Source: an uncultured Solirubrobacterales bacterium (GTDB lineage: Bacteria; Actinomycetota; Thermoleophilia; Solirubrobacterales; Solirubrobacteraceae). Taken from it: 64,000 nt of DNA. The stretch's first letter is position 1. The number at the start of each line of letters is the position of its first letter. The position numbers and the translations under genes are program-made. Location: the NCBI GenBank assembly GCA_963756665.1, contig CAVWOJ010000001.1, positions 2,875,331-2,939,330 on the forward strand. Reading direction: 5' to 3'. The notes below the pieces were generated by a model. The model was not told where the DNA came from and ran no database searches. It was given only the letters and a program-made list of their open reading frames with translations. Below, in pieces: positions 27,408 through 36,884 of the stretch.

Positions 27408-28901
27408 ATGAGCCCACTGCCTCTACGCCGTTACCGTGCCGAGCGTCTGCTGCGCCAGGAGTTTGGGGGAAGGCGTGAAGAGGTCCTCGCTGTCGTTCGC
27501 GCGCGCCTGCGCACCAGCGGAGTACGGCTGGACGCCGGTGACCTGGAAGCCGCTTACGCGCAGGCCTGGCAAGGCCTCTACGCCGCACTGCTCGCCGGCC
27601 GCGAGGTCGCGAACCCGGTCGGCTGGCTGACGGTCGTGACGTTCCGCCGCGCGATCGACGAGCACCGCGCTCGCTCGCGCAGCTCCGCTCACGCGCGCGC
27701 CGCCGACGGCGGGCAGCTCGAGCAGGTTGCCGGCGAGCGCGACCTCGCGTCCGAGCTCGACGACCGGGCGCGTCTGCGGCAGCTATTCGAGGGCCTGCGC
27801 GGGCGCCTCAGCGCGCGCGAGTGCGAAGCCGCGAGCCTTTGCTATCTGCAGGGCCTCTCGCGCGCCCAGGCCGCCGCGCGAATGGGAATCGGGGAGACCG
27901 CGATGCGCAAGCTGATGGAGGGTCGCGGTCCCGCTCGCCCGGGAGTCGCGAGCAAGGTCGGGGAGCTGCTGGCGACGATTCGCGGTGGCCAGTGGTGCGA
28001 GCAGCAGGCCTCCCTGATGCGTGGTCTCGCCTTCGGCATCCTCGACCCCGAGGGCGAGCGCTACCGCCTGGCACGCCTGCACCAGCGCGAGTGCCCCGCG
28101 TGCCGCGCCTACGTCCTCTCGCTGCGCGGCCTCGCTGCGGTGCTGCCGCCGCTGGCACTGCCGTGGGGTCTGGGCGCGGGGGTGGGGGCAGGGGCCGGAG
28201 CGGGAGCCGGCACGAGTGTGGGGGCCGGAACGGCAGGGCCGGGAGCCGGAGTCGGCGCGAGCGCAGGCAGCGGAGCGGGAACCGGCACGGCGGCAGGTGC
28301 TGGCACCGGAGCAAGTGCTGGCACCGGAGTCGGCGCGGGAGCGGGTCCTGCCGTTGGCGCCGGGACGGGAAGTGGGGCAGGCGCTGGTCTTGGCGCCGGC
28401 GCCGGGGGGGTCAAGGTCGCGGTCACCTGTCTGCTGGCGCTGGGAGTGGGCTGCGTAGCGGTCACCCGCCTGCCGCATCACACGGCGCAGGGCGCTCACA
28501 GCCAGCGGTCGAGCGGTAGCTCGCCGGCGTCCGTACAGGGCAGGCGTCTAGTGGCCGCCGCTGCCGGGCACGCAGGGTCTGCCAAGGACGCTCGGGCGGG
28601 GGCGCGCCGCCCCGCGCGGCAGCATGTGCGAGGCGCGAGCGCAACGGCACTGCGGCAAGAGGCGCACGCTGCACAGGCCCAGCGCGAGTTCGGCCTCGAA
28701 CGGAGTGCGACGCGCGCGGGGAAGAGCGCGACTCTCACGCAGGTCGTTGGGGGCGGGCAGGCCACCGGGAGCGGTCAGGCTGGACCGAGCGGTCAGGCTG
28801 GACCGAGCGGTCAGGCTGGACCGAGCGGTCAGGCTGGACCGAGCGGCCAGGTGGCGAGCGCGCATGCGCCTAGTCGCGCCGAAGGTGAATTCGGGCCCTG
28901 A
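27408..28901 (+). CDS. ECF sigma factor fused to zinc anti-sigma (ZAS) motif, Gly/Ala linker and TM segment
   Basis: Sigma2-like [10 protein letters not shown]...[14 protein letters not shown]; sigma4-like LSARE...L.Y..GLS..Q.A..MG; HQRECPAC; (GA)n linker; [16 protein letters not shown]. Confidence 0.75.
   Translation: MSPLPLRRYRAERLLRQEFGGRREEVLAVVRARLRTSGVRLDAGDLEAAYAQAWQGLYAALLAGREVANPVGWLTVVTFRRAIDEHRARSRSSAHARAADGGQLEQVAGERDLASELDDRARLRQLFEGLRGRLSARECEAASLCYLQGLSRAQAAARMGIGETAMRKLMEGRGPARPGVASKVGELLATIRGGQWCEQQASLMRGLAFGILDPEGERYRLARLHQRECPACRAYVLSLRGLAAVLPPLALPWGLGAGVGAGAGAGAGTSVGAGTAGPGAGVGASAGSGAGTGTAAGAGTGASAGTGVGAGAGPAVGAGTGSGAGAGLGAGAGGVKVAVTCLLALGVGCVAVTRLPHHTAQGAHSQRSSGSSPASVQGRRLVAAAAGHAGSAKDARAGARRPARQHVRGASATALRQEAHAAQAQREFGLERSATRAGKSATLTQVVGGGQATGSGQAGPSGQAGPSGQAGPSGQAGPSGQVASAHAPSRAEGEFGP
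28770..28850. repeat. 4 x 18-bp tandem repeat (SGQAGP)
   Basis: Four exact copies of agcggtcaggctggaccg plus a partial copy. Confidence 0.92.
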
Positions 28902-28990
28902 CTCTCGCGGCTGCGTGTGCGTCGGGTTCACGCACCGGGCAAGGCCAGGAGTGCGTTTGGGGTGCGGCGCGGCGTCTACGCATCTGGGGG

Positions 28991-29020
28991 TTGACAAATT
29001 GTCCTGGGCATGTGTATGCT
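28991..29020 (+). promoter_or_regulatory. Sigma70-type promoter of cassette B
   Basis: TTGACA (28991-96), 18-nt spacer, TATGCT (29015-20); one mismatch to the cassette A promoter. Confidence 0.7.
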
Positions 29021-29422
29021 GACTGGAGTCGGCACTCTGTTGGTCAGAATGCTGTCTTGTCGATAGGTCGGGTTGGGGTTGTGCCTCTTCGGTTGACTTT
29101 CAGCGCTGGCGTTGGGGTTTGGGAGAGATGACCGGGTCGTGTAATGAGGGAGCTGTTTTCGCGTGACTAGTGGTTCTGAGAACGTGTTGGGGATCGTTGC
29201 GGCCCGTGAGGGCGCAGTCTCTAGATGCGTCAGCTTCCTGACGCATCTCTCTCTCTCTCTCTCTCTCTTGCCTTTGGGCTCTAGCCGCTAGCTCTCGCTT
29301 TGCGACGCGACCGCGTCGCCTCTTAGACCCCCACGTGGGGGTGGGCGTACGCCGGGCTCGGTCTGATCGGGGTGCGTCACCGGCCAGTTTTGTTGGCCCA
29401 CATGGCCCGGGCGGTGTCTGTG
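29021..29422 (+). other. Conserved ~400-nt leader of cassette B
   Basis: Same IR (29223-29248), (TC)11 (29246-29267) and CTAGCCGCTAG (29281-29291) as in cassette A. Confidence 0.65.
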
Positions 29423-30475
29423 ATGCCCGCTAGAAGGCAGGGATCTGCTGCGGGCTACGCCCGACGTGGCGATCGGGCCCGTCGAGGTACGGGTGCACAC
29501 CCCGGGAGTCTGCATGTGAGCGAGGTACAGCGCTCGCGGATGTTGAGCTCGGCGGTAGAGGTGGTCGCCGAGCACGGGTATGAGCAAATGTCGGTCGCGC
29601 GGGTGACGCGTCGCGCGCGGCTCTCGCGCCGCACGTTCTACGAGCTCTTCGAGAATCGCGCCGATTGCTTCCTCGCCGCATTCGATGACGCGGTTGAGGA
29701 GCTGGCGTCGCTCATGAGCGACGCGTTTGCGGGCGGGCGCTCCTGGCGGAACGGGGCGCGCGCCGCACTCGCGGCGCTGCTCGGGTTCCTCGACGAGCGC
29801 CCGGGTGTCCGCACCCTCCTGATCGTGGACGCACTCGGCGCGGGGCCCATGGTCCTGGAGCGCCGCGCGCAGGTCCTGGGGGTAGTGGAGGACGTCGTCG
29901 ATAGGGGGCGCCTGGAGGGCCGGTTGGGAGGACTGGCGCCGGCCTCACTGACGGCAAGGGGCGTCGTGGGGGCCGTCTTCAGCGTCCTCCACGCGCGGGT
30001 GCTGGAGGATCGCCCCGAGCCTCTACTGGAGCTGCTGAACCCGCTGATGGGGATGATCGTCCTGCCCTATCTCGGCGCCAGCGCCGCACAGAAGGAGCTC
30101 GGCCATCCAACGCCCGCGCCTGCGCCGGCAGTGGAGAGCAACGGTTGGGTGCGGCCAGCCAAGGACCCCCTGGTAGGCCTGAAGATGCGCCTCACCTATC
30201 GCACGTTGCGGGTGCTGAGCGTGATTGCCGCGCAGCCCGCCGCGAGTAACCGCGAGGTCGCCGATGCGGCGGACATCTCAGACCAGGGGCAGATCTCAAA
30301 GCTGCTCGGGCGCCTAGAGCGCATCGGGCTGCTGCAAAACACAAGCCAAGGGCACGCAAGCGGCGCGCCCAATGCCTGGCGCCTGACAGCACACGGGGAA
30401 GAAGTGCAGCGCGCCACGCGCGTGCAACCAGCTCCCTCAGACCGATCGTCACACAAAAGAGGAGACGCACACTGA
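29423..30475 (+). CDS. TetR plus winged-helix regulator (cassette B)
   Basis: Close full-length paralog of 12908..13981. Confidence 0.85.
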   Translation: MPARRQGSAAGYARRGDRARRGTGAHPGSLHVSEVQRSRMLSSAVEVVAEHGYEQMSVARVTRRARLSRRTFYELFENRADCFLAAFDDAVEELASLMSDAFAGGRSWRNGARAALAALLGFLDERPGVRTLLIVDALGAGPMVLERRAQVLGVVEDVVDRGRLEGRLGGLAPASLTARGVVGAVFSVLHARVLEDRPEPLLELLNPLMGMIVLPYLGASAAQKELGHPTPAPAPAVESNGWVRPAKDPLVGLKMRLTYRTLRVLSVIAAQPAASNREVADAADISDQGQISKLLGRLERIGLLQNTSQGHASGAPNAWRLTAHGEEVQRATRVQPAPSDRSSHKRGDAH

Positions 30476-33400
30476 TGCATCAGCCACGGCTGGTTTCGCT
30501 CCGTACCGTCCTTGCCGCAATCTCGGCATTCTGCGTACTCGCCGGCGCCCTGGCGCTGAGCGGGCCCCCGGCCCAGGCGGCGCTCGTTCACCCCTTCATC
30601 AAGTCCTTTGGCGCGGGTCTGTTCAGTAGCCCGGGGATACTCACCGGCCTCGGTGACGTCACGGTGGACCAGTCCACGGGGGACGTCTATGCCATCGACA
30701 TGGGCACAGGATCGCTCTACAAGTTCGATGCGTCCGGCAACCCCGTGGACTTCTCAGCACTCGGTACCAATGTTCTGAACGGTCAGTCGGGTCCGGACGC
30801 GACTCCGCAGGTAGGTCTGGGCGTCCCCCTGCAAGTAGCGGTCGATAGCTCTGGAGGTCCCGCAAACGGCGATATCTACGTCACCAATGAGAACTATCCT
30901 GAGGTAGTCGTAAACATCTTTGACTCCACGGGCACGTACATCGGTCAGCTCACTGGCGCAAGTGAGCCTTGGGGAGACGTGTGTGGAGTTGCGGTTGATC
31001 CCACGGGGAACGTCTACGTCAAGTTTTGGGGAGGCTCCACGGGTGTCGACATCTTTACACCGACGTCGAACCCTCTTACCGATAGCGACTACGTGTCCAG
31101 TATCGGTGAAGGGAGCTTTTCCTGCCAAGTCGCGGTCTACTTCAATGCAGGGGCGCCTCAACTTGTTTACGTCACAGGTATTGAAGGTGGCTCGGTCGCC
31201 GTCGATCCTGTCTCCAACGACATCTATACCGATAATCGTTCCCTGATCACGCAGTCCGACTCTTCGGGAAACCTCATCAACACGTTTCCTGTGTCGGGTC
31301 CGGGAGAATTCGGCGACTCCTCCGGCGTTGCCGTAAATGGCACCACCGGCGACATCTACGTTGCCGACGGCAGGGACGGGCTGATCGACATCTTCGGACC
31401 GGTCACGCCAGTAGCGCCGGCGATTGACGCCACTGGAGTATCGAGCGTCACGTCGGCTTCGGCGGTCCTGGGCGGGCGGATCAATCCGGATCTCGCCGAC
31501 ACGCGCTATTACTTCCAGTACGGAACAGATACCTCCTACGGCAAAGATGCCCCCGCGTCGCCGGGGGCGGACATCGGTTCCGGCTCGACAGACCAAAGCG
31601 TAAGCCGGCAGCTCGAGGGCCTGCAGGAGGGCGTCACCTATCACTACCGGCTTGTCGCGACAAATTCGCTGGGCACAAGCGATGGGCCTGATCAGACGTT
31701 CACCACCGAAGCCCTGAACAGCACGTATGGGCTGCCCGATGGGCGCCAGTATGAGATGGTCTCTCCACCCGACAAGCTGGGCGCACTGATCGCCGGGTTT
31801 GGTGGCTACAGCGGTGGCGGACTGATTCAAGCTGCCGCAGATGGCAGCAAGATCACCTACCTCGCCTACTCGCCATTTGCCAACCCCAAGGGCAATGCCA
31901 ACGGCAGTCAGATCCTCTCCACAGTCGGTGCTGGCGGCGTTTGGTCCTCACAGGACATCTCCACTCCGCACGCGTCCTCGACAGGTCTGCCTCTGGGGAC
32001 GGGAACGGAATACAAGGCGTTCTCTCAGGATATCTCGGTTGGGGCATTGCTCCAGGACGGCGGCACTCCCCTGACTCCCTTCGTCCCGGGTAATACTCGG
32101 TACCTTTACCTGAACGATCTCGGCGCCGGCGGCTACCAGCCGCTGGCGCCCTACCCGGAAGCGCTCGGGGGCTTCAAGGCCGGCACCCCCGATTTCAGTC
32201 ACGTCGTATTCGAAAGCACCGAAGCCTTGACGCCCGGCGCTGTCCCGTACCCCCGAGCCTCGGTGCCTGTCGGCACAGCCAATCTCTATGAGTGGTCCGC
32301 AGGTCGATTGCAGCAGGTGAACGTGTTGCCCGACGGCAAAACAGCCCCAGGTGAGATGGGCACCGGGTTCAGCAATTTCAATGATGTGCCGGAAATACTT
32401 CACGCCATATCCGATGATGGGTCGCGCATCATCTGGCAAACGGCTGAAACTGATTCGATCTATGAGCGTGATATGGAAAACAAGACGACAGTCCCAATAG
32501 CTTTGGGTGATTTCGTCACTGCTAGTCCCGATGGCTCCAAGGTCTTTACTTACCATTCGACCAACGGGTCTGGTGATCTATTCGAGTACGATGTCGCCAC
32601 AGGCGTGAGTACCGATTTGGAAAGCGGCGAGCCGAGCGGCGATGGCTCTTACATCTCGTCGATACCCGGGGGTCTGCAGGTGTTGCACTATTCCGATTCG
32701 CAGGGGCCGGGCGCGTTTGTCCTACCAAGCTCAGAAAAAGCTGGTGGTTCGCGTCCGTCGCTGGGTCCGTCCAGGGTTTCACCCGATGGCCGGTTCGTGG
32801 TGTTCATGTCCTCAGAAAAACTGACTGGGTACGACAACACGGATGGGCTCAGCGGCTTGCCTGACCAAGAGGTCTATGAGTACGACGCGGCGACCGCGCG
32901 GTTGACGTGTGTGTCGTGCGACCCGAGCGGCGGCCGGCCGGTCGGGAGCTCGAGTATCCCCGGGACGACCGATTTCGAGGACGGCGCCGGCAACTACTAT
33001 TCGCGGGCGCTCTCGCCTGATGGGCGTGTGTTCTTCGATAGTAGTGACACCTTGGTGCCGCACGATTCGAATGGCGTGCAGGACGTGTATGAGTTCGAGC
33101 CGGGGGGTGTCGGCAGCTGCCAGGTGGCTGGTGGGTGTGTGTCGTTGATCTCGAGTGGTGCCAGTGGCGAAGCGTCGACGTTCCTCGACGCGAGCGCTGA
33201 TGGTAGCGATGTCTTTTTCTTGACTACCGACCAACTGGTCTCAGCGGACACTGACCACAGTGTCGACGTGTATGACGCGCATGTGTGTAGTGCGGGGGCG
33301 CCGTGTCCGCCGGTCGTGGCGGTCTCGCCGCCTGCGTGTGCGAGTAGTGATGCGTGCAAGGTTGGTCCTACGCCGCAGCCGCAGACGTTTGGGCCGCCCG

Positions 33401-33588
33401 CGAGCGCCACGTTCTCCGGTGCGGAAAACCCCACACCGACGGTGACTGCGCCACTCGCGAAGAAGGCCGTGAAGCAGACCGCAAAGCGGCATAAGAAGGT
33501 CAAGCGGCGTCCGAAGAGACCAAGGCGCTCTGGGAAGGGCCACAGCACAAAGCGCTCCGGGAAGAGCAACGGCAAGGGGAGAAAGTAA
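30475..33588 (+). CDS. Secreted propeller / FN3-like / TolB-like propeller protein with basic tail (B1)
   Basis: Paralog of A1: shares GLPDGRQYE.VSPP, RVSPDGR, LTCVSC.PSG and DVYDAHVCSA; has only one FN3-like unit; TGATG overlap. Confidence 0.8.
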   Translation: MHQPRLVSLRTVLAAISAFCVLAGALALSGPPAQAALVHPFIKSFGAGLFSSPGILTGLGDVTVDQSTGDVYAIDMGTGSLYKFDASGNPVDFSALGTNVLNGQSGPDATPQVGLGVPLQVAVDSSGGPANGDIYVTNENYPEVVVNIFDSTGTYIGQLTGASEPWGDVCGVAVDPTGNVYVKFWGGSTGVDIFTPTSNPLTDSDYVSSIGEGSFSCQVAVYFNAGAPQLVYVTGIEGGSVAVDPVSNDIYTDNRSLITQSDSSGNLINTFPVSGPGEFGDSSGVAVNGTTGDIYVADGRDGLIDIFGPVTPVAPAIDATGVSSVTSASAVLGGRINPDLADTRYYFQYGTDTSYGKDAPASPGADIGSGSTDQSVSRQLEGLQEGVTYHYRLVATNSLGTSDGPDQTFTTEALNSTYGLPDGRQYEMVSPPDKLGALIAGFGGYSGGGLIQAAADGSKITYLAYSPFANPKGNANGSQILSTVGAGGVWSSQDISTPHASSTGLPLGTGTEYKAFSQDISVGALLQDGGTPLTPFVPGNTRYLYLNDLGAGGYQPLAPYPEALGGFKAGTPDFSHVVFESTEALTPGAVPYPRASVPVGTANLYEWSAGRLQQVNVLPDGKTAPGEMGTGFSNFNDVPEILHAISDDGSRIIWQTAETDSIYERDMENKTTVPIALGDFVTASPDGSKVFTYHSTNGSGDLFEYDVATGVSTDLESGEPSGDGSYISSIPGGLQVLHYSDSQGPGAFVLPSSEKAGGSRPSLGPSRVSPDGRFVVFMSSEKLTGYDNTDGLSGLPDQEVYEYDAATARLTCVSCDPSGGRPVGSSSIPGTTDFEDGAGNYYSRALSPDGRVFFDSSDTLVPHDSNGVQDVYEFEPGGVGSCQVAGGCVSLISSGASGEASTFLDASADGSDVFFLTTDQLVSADTDHSVDVYDAHVCSAGAPCPPVVAVSPPACASSDACKVGPTPQPQTFGPPASATFSGAENPTPTVTAPLAKKAVKQTAKRHKKVKRRPKRPRRSGKGHSTKRSGKSNGKGRK

Positions 33589-33590
33589 CC

Positions 33591-36500
33591 ATGCGTAAAC
33601 GATTGACGTCTTTGCTTGTGCCTTTCCTGGCGGCGTGCTGTACGCTCGGTGCGCTCTCGGCGGCGGCGTCCGCGCAGGGCCCGGTGTGGACAGTCTCCTC
33701 GGTGGCCGCGCCAAAGGTCCTTCCGCGTGGCGATGACTCGGGTACCACGCAGATCATCGTCACGGCGGTGAATACGGGTGCCGTGGCGAGTGATGGGAGC
33801 ACCGTCACTGTTGCTGATGGGATCCCGGCTGGGTTGACCGTCACGGCGATCACGGGCACCGTCGGCACGTTCTATGACTCTCTGGACAACCTGTCGTTCA
33901 AGACGGAAATGACGTGCACGGTCGCCTCGGCGAGCTGCACCTCCTCGGAAGTGATCCCTCCGTATGACGCGATCCAGGTGTTCGTTAGTGTGGACGTTGC
34001 GAGTGATGCACCCGAAACTGTTCTCAACGAGGCGAGTGTCTCTGGGGGAGGAGCCACGGGTGTGTCGTCTGCGCGGACGCTCGCGGTGGGTAGCACGCCG
34101 GCGGGGTTCGGGATCGACAGCTTCGATCTCGCGGCGACCAACGAGGACGGCTCGCCCGATACGCAGGCTGGCTCGCACCCTTACCAGCTGACGACAACGC
34201 TCGAGCTCAACCAGGCTCGCGGGCCGCTTCCGTTCCTCGGCGGCGCGGTGAAGACCGAAACTGCGGGCTTCGGGCCGGTGCCCGCGCAGCAGGCGAAGGA
34301 TCTCCAGTTCGAACTGCCACCGGGGCTGATCGGTAACCCGTCGGTGATCCCGCAGTGCACCGCCAAACAGTTCGTGACGAACATCGCCGCTGGGAACGAG
34401 TGCCCGGCGGATACTGCGATTGGGGTGGCTGTGACGACGATCTCGGCTGGGTCTAACCAGGTGTTCTCATCGCCGATATTCAATCTGGTGCCGGATGTGG
34501 GTGAGCCGGCGCGGTTTGGGTTCACGACGTTCACGATCCCGGTGTATCTCGATACGTCTGTGCGTACCGGCGGGGACTACGGTGTCGTGGTGAGCGTGAA
34601 CAATATTCCCCAGCAGGCGGGGTTTGATCGCTCGCAGGTCAGCTTCTGGGGCGTCCCGGGTGACCCCAGCCATGACGCGGTGCGTGGCTGGCAGTGCCTG
34701 GACGAGGGCGGCCCGCTGCTCGACGGCGGCCTGACGCCGCACTGCCCCGCTGCGGAGCCGGGCGCTAACGCGGGCGCACCGTTCCTGACGCTACCGACGT
34801 CGTGCACGGGGCCCCCGGTGATGAAGCTGGGCGCCGACTCCTGGCAGGACCCCGGGGCCTTCACATCGGCGAGTAGCCCGCTGCATGACAGCGCGGGTAC
34901 GCCGACCGGGTTGACGGGCTGTAACCACCTCGATTTCCGTCCGCGGATCAGTGTTGCACCGGATGGGCAGGCCGGGAACACGCCGACGGGCCTGGGGGTC
35001 GACGTGCATGTACCTCAGGAAGAGAGCCTGGCGGCCTCTGCGCTGGGGGAGTCGGAGGTCAAGAACACGACTGTGACATTGCCCGCCGGTGTCGCGTTGA
35101 GCCCCGGCGCGGCCGACGGCCTCTCGTCGTGCACGAGCGCGGGGATCGCGTTGGATGATGGCAGTGAACCGCTGTGCCCGGACTCCTCGAAGGTCGCGAC
35201 GGTCGAAATCAAAACGCCGCTGCTGCCCAACCCACTGGTCGGTGAGGCGTATCTCGGGGCGCAGGATGAAAACCCGTTCGGGAGCCTTGTGGCGCTCTAC
35301 ATCGTCGCGAAGGACCCGGTGTCGGGGGTCCTTGTGAAGATCGCGGGGCAGGTCGTCCCCAACCCCGTCACGGGCCAGTTGGTGTCGACGTTCTCAAACA
35401 CACCGCAGCTGCCGTTTGAAGACCTGAAGCTCGACTTCTTTGGGTCTGCACGGGCGCCGCTCTCGACGCCGCCTTTGTGTGGCTCGTATACGACGCAGGC
35501 GTCGATCGAACCGTGGTCCGGGCAAGAAGCGGCGACGCCGTCCTCGACGTTTGCGATCACCTCGGGTCCCAACGGGACGCCGTGTGCCGATCCGCAGCCG
35601 TTCTCCCCGTCGTTCACGGCGGGGACGACGAGCAACCAGGCAGGCGGCTTCAGCCCGTTCACGCTGACGATGACGCGCCCCGACCAAGACCAGACCCTCA
35701 GCGGGCTACAGATCCATATGCCACCCGGCCTCCTGGGGACGCTCTCCACCGTCAAGCTATGCGGCGAACCACAGGCCGCGCAAGGCACCTGCGGTCCGGA
35801 AAGCCTGATCGGGCACACCGTCGTCAGCGCCGGCCTAGGGGGGAACCCCTACACCGTGACCGGTGGGAAGGTCTACATCACGACGGGGTACAAGGGCGCG
35901 CCGTATGGCCTGTCGATCGTGAACCCTGCGGTTGCGGGCCCGTTCAACCTGGGGACGGTGATCGTGCGCGCCGCGATCAACGTCGACCCGTCCACGGCCG
36001 CGTTGACGATCACCTCCGATCCGCTGCCGACGATCATCGACGGCATCCCGCTACAGCTCCAGCACGTCAACGTCACGATCGACCGGCCGGACTTCACGTT
36101 CAACCCGACGAGCTGCAACAAGCTCGCGATCAACGCGACGCTCTCGAGCAGCCAGGGCCAGAGCGCAGCGGTCGGCTCCCCATTCCAGGTCACCAACTGC
36201 GCAGCACTCGCATTCAAGCCTCACCTCGTCGCCTCGACCTCCGCCCACACCTCGAGAGCCAACGGTGCGAGCCTCGACGTCAAGCTCAGCTACCCCGCGG
36301 GCCCCTATGACGCGAACATCGCGCAGGTCAAAGTCGAACTCCCCAAGCTGCTCCCCTCACGCCTCACGACCCTGCAGAAGGCGTGCCTCGCGAAAACCTT
36401 CGAAGAAAACCCCGCGCTGTGTCCCGCGGCGTCGCAGATCGGGATCGTCAAGGCCAGCACCCCCGTCCTACCCGTCGCGCTGAGCGGCCCCGCGTACTTC

Positions 36501-36884
36501 GTCTCCCACGGCGGGGAAGCATTTCCCAGCCTGGTCGTTGTCCTGCAGGGCTACGGTGTCCGCGTCGACTTGGTCGGCTCGACGTTCATCAGCAAGCAAG
36601 GGATCACGAGCAGCACATTCAAAACGATCCCCGACGTTCCCGTCGGCACATTCGAGCTCTACCTACCAGAGGGCAAGTACTCAGCGCTCGCCGCCAACGG
36701 CAACCTCTGCAAAACCACCCTCACGATGCCGACCACCTTCCAAGCACAAAACGGCGCCAGCACATACCAAGCGACCAAGATCACCGTCACCGGCTGCGCA
36801 AGAACCAAAAAAGCCAAAGCCAAGAAAGCAAGCAAAGCCCGAGAAGCCAGCCACCACCACACACGCACCGGGAGGAGGAAATAA
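33591..36884 (+). CDS. Large secreted Cys-patterned four-repeat protein with basic tail (B2)
   Basis: Paralog of A2 with long identical peptides (e.g. TTSNQAGGFSPFTLTMTRPDQDQTLSG). Confidence 0.8.
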   Translation: MRKRLTSLLVPFLAACCTLGALSAAASAQGPVWTVSSVAAPKVLPRGDDSGTTQIIVTAVNTGAVASDGSTVTVADGIPAGLTVTAITGTVGTFYDSLDNLSFKTEMTCTVASASCTSSEVIPPYDAIQVFVSVDVASDAPETVLNEASVSGGGATGVSSARTLAVGSTPAGFGIDSFDLAATNEDGSPDTQAGSHPYQLTTTLELNQARGPLPFLGGAVKTETAGFGPVPAQQAKDLQFELPPGLIGNPSVIPQCTAKQFVTNIAAGNECPADTAIGVAVTTISAGSNQVFSSPIFNLVPDVGEPARFGFTTFTIPVYLDTSVRTGGDYGVVVSVNNIPQQAGFDRSQVSFWGVPGDPSHDAVRGWQCLDEGGPLLDGGLTPHCPAAEPGANAGAPFLTLPTSCTGPPVMKLGADSWQDPGAFTSASSPLHDSAGTPTGLTGCNHLDFRPRISVAPDGQAGNTPTGLGVDVHVPQEESLAASALGESEVKNTTVTLPAGVALSPGAADGLSSCTSAGIALDDGSEPLCPDSSKVATVEIKTPLLPNPLVGEAYLGAQDENPFGSLVALYIVAKDPVSGVLVKIAGQVVPNPVTGQLVSTFSNTPQLPFEDLKLDFFGSARAPLSTPPLCGSYTTQASIEPWSGQEAATPSSTFAITSGPNGTPCADPQPFSPSFTAGTTSNQAGGFSPFTLTMTRPDQDQTLSGLQIHMPPGLLGTLSTVKLCGEPQAAQGTCGPESLIGHTVVSAGLGGNPYTVTGGKVYITTGYKGAPYGLSIVNPAVAGPFNLGTVIVRAAINVDPSTAALTITSDPLPTIIDGIPLQLQHVNVTIDRPDFTFNPTSCNKLAINATLSSSQGQSAAVGSPFQVTNCAALAFKPHLVASTSAHTSRANGASLDVKLSYPAGPYDANIAQVKVELPKLLPSRLTTLQKACLAKTFEENPALCPAASQIGIVKASTPVLPVALSGPAYFVSHGGEAFPSLVVVLQGYGVRVDLVGSTFISKQGITSSTFKTIPDVPVGTFELYLPEGKYSALAANGNLCKTTLTMPTTFQAQNGASTYQATKITVTGCARTKKAKAKKASKAREASHHHTRTGRRK

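Noticed and set aside
36383-36883. ORF-track N-terminal extensions (36383, 6564, 12520, 24656, 53557, 57997)
   Set aside because: They overlap neighbouring genes or non-coding leaders. Downstream starts are supported by paralogy, motif onset, SD or leaderless -10 boxes.
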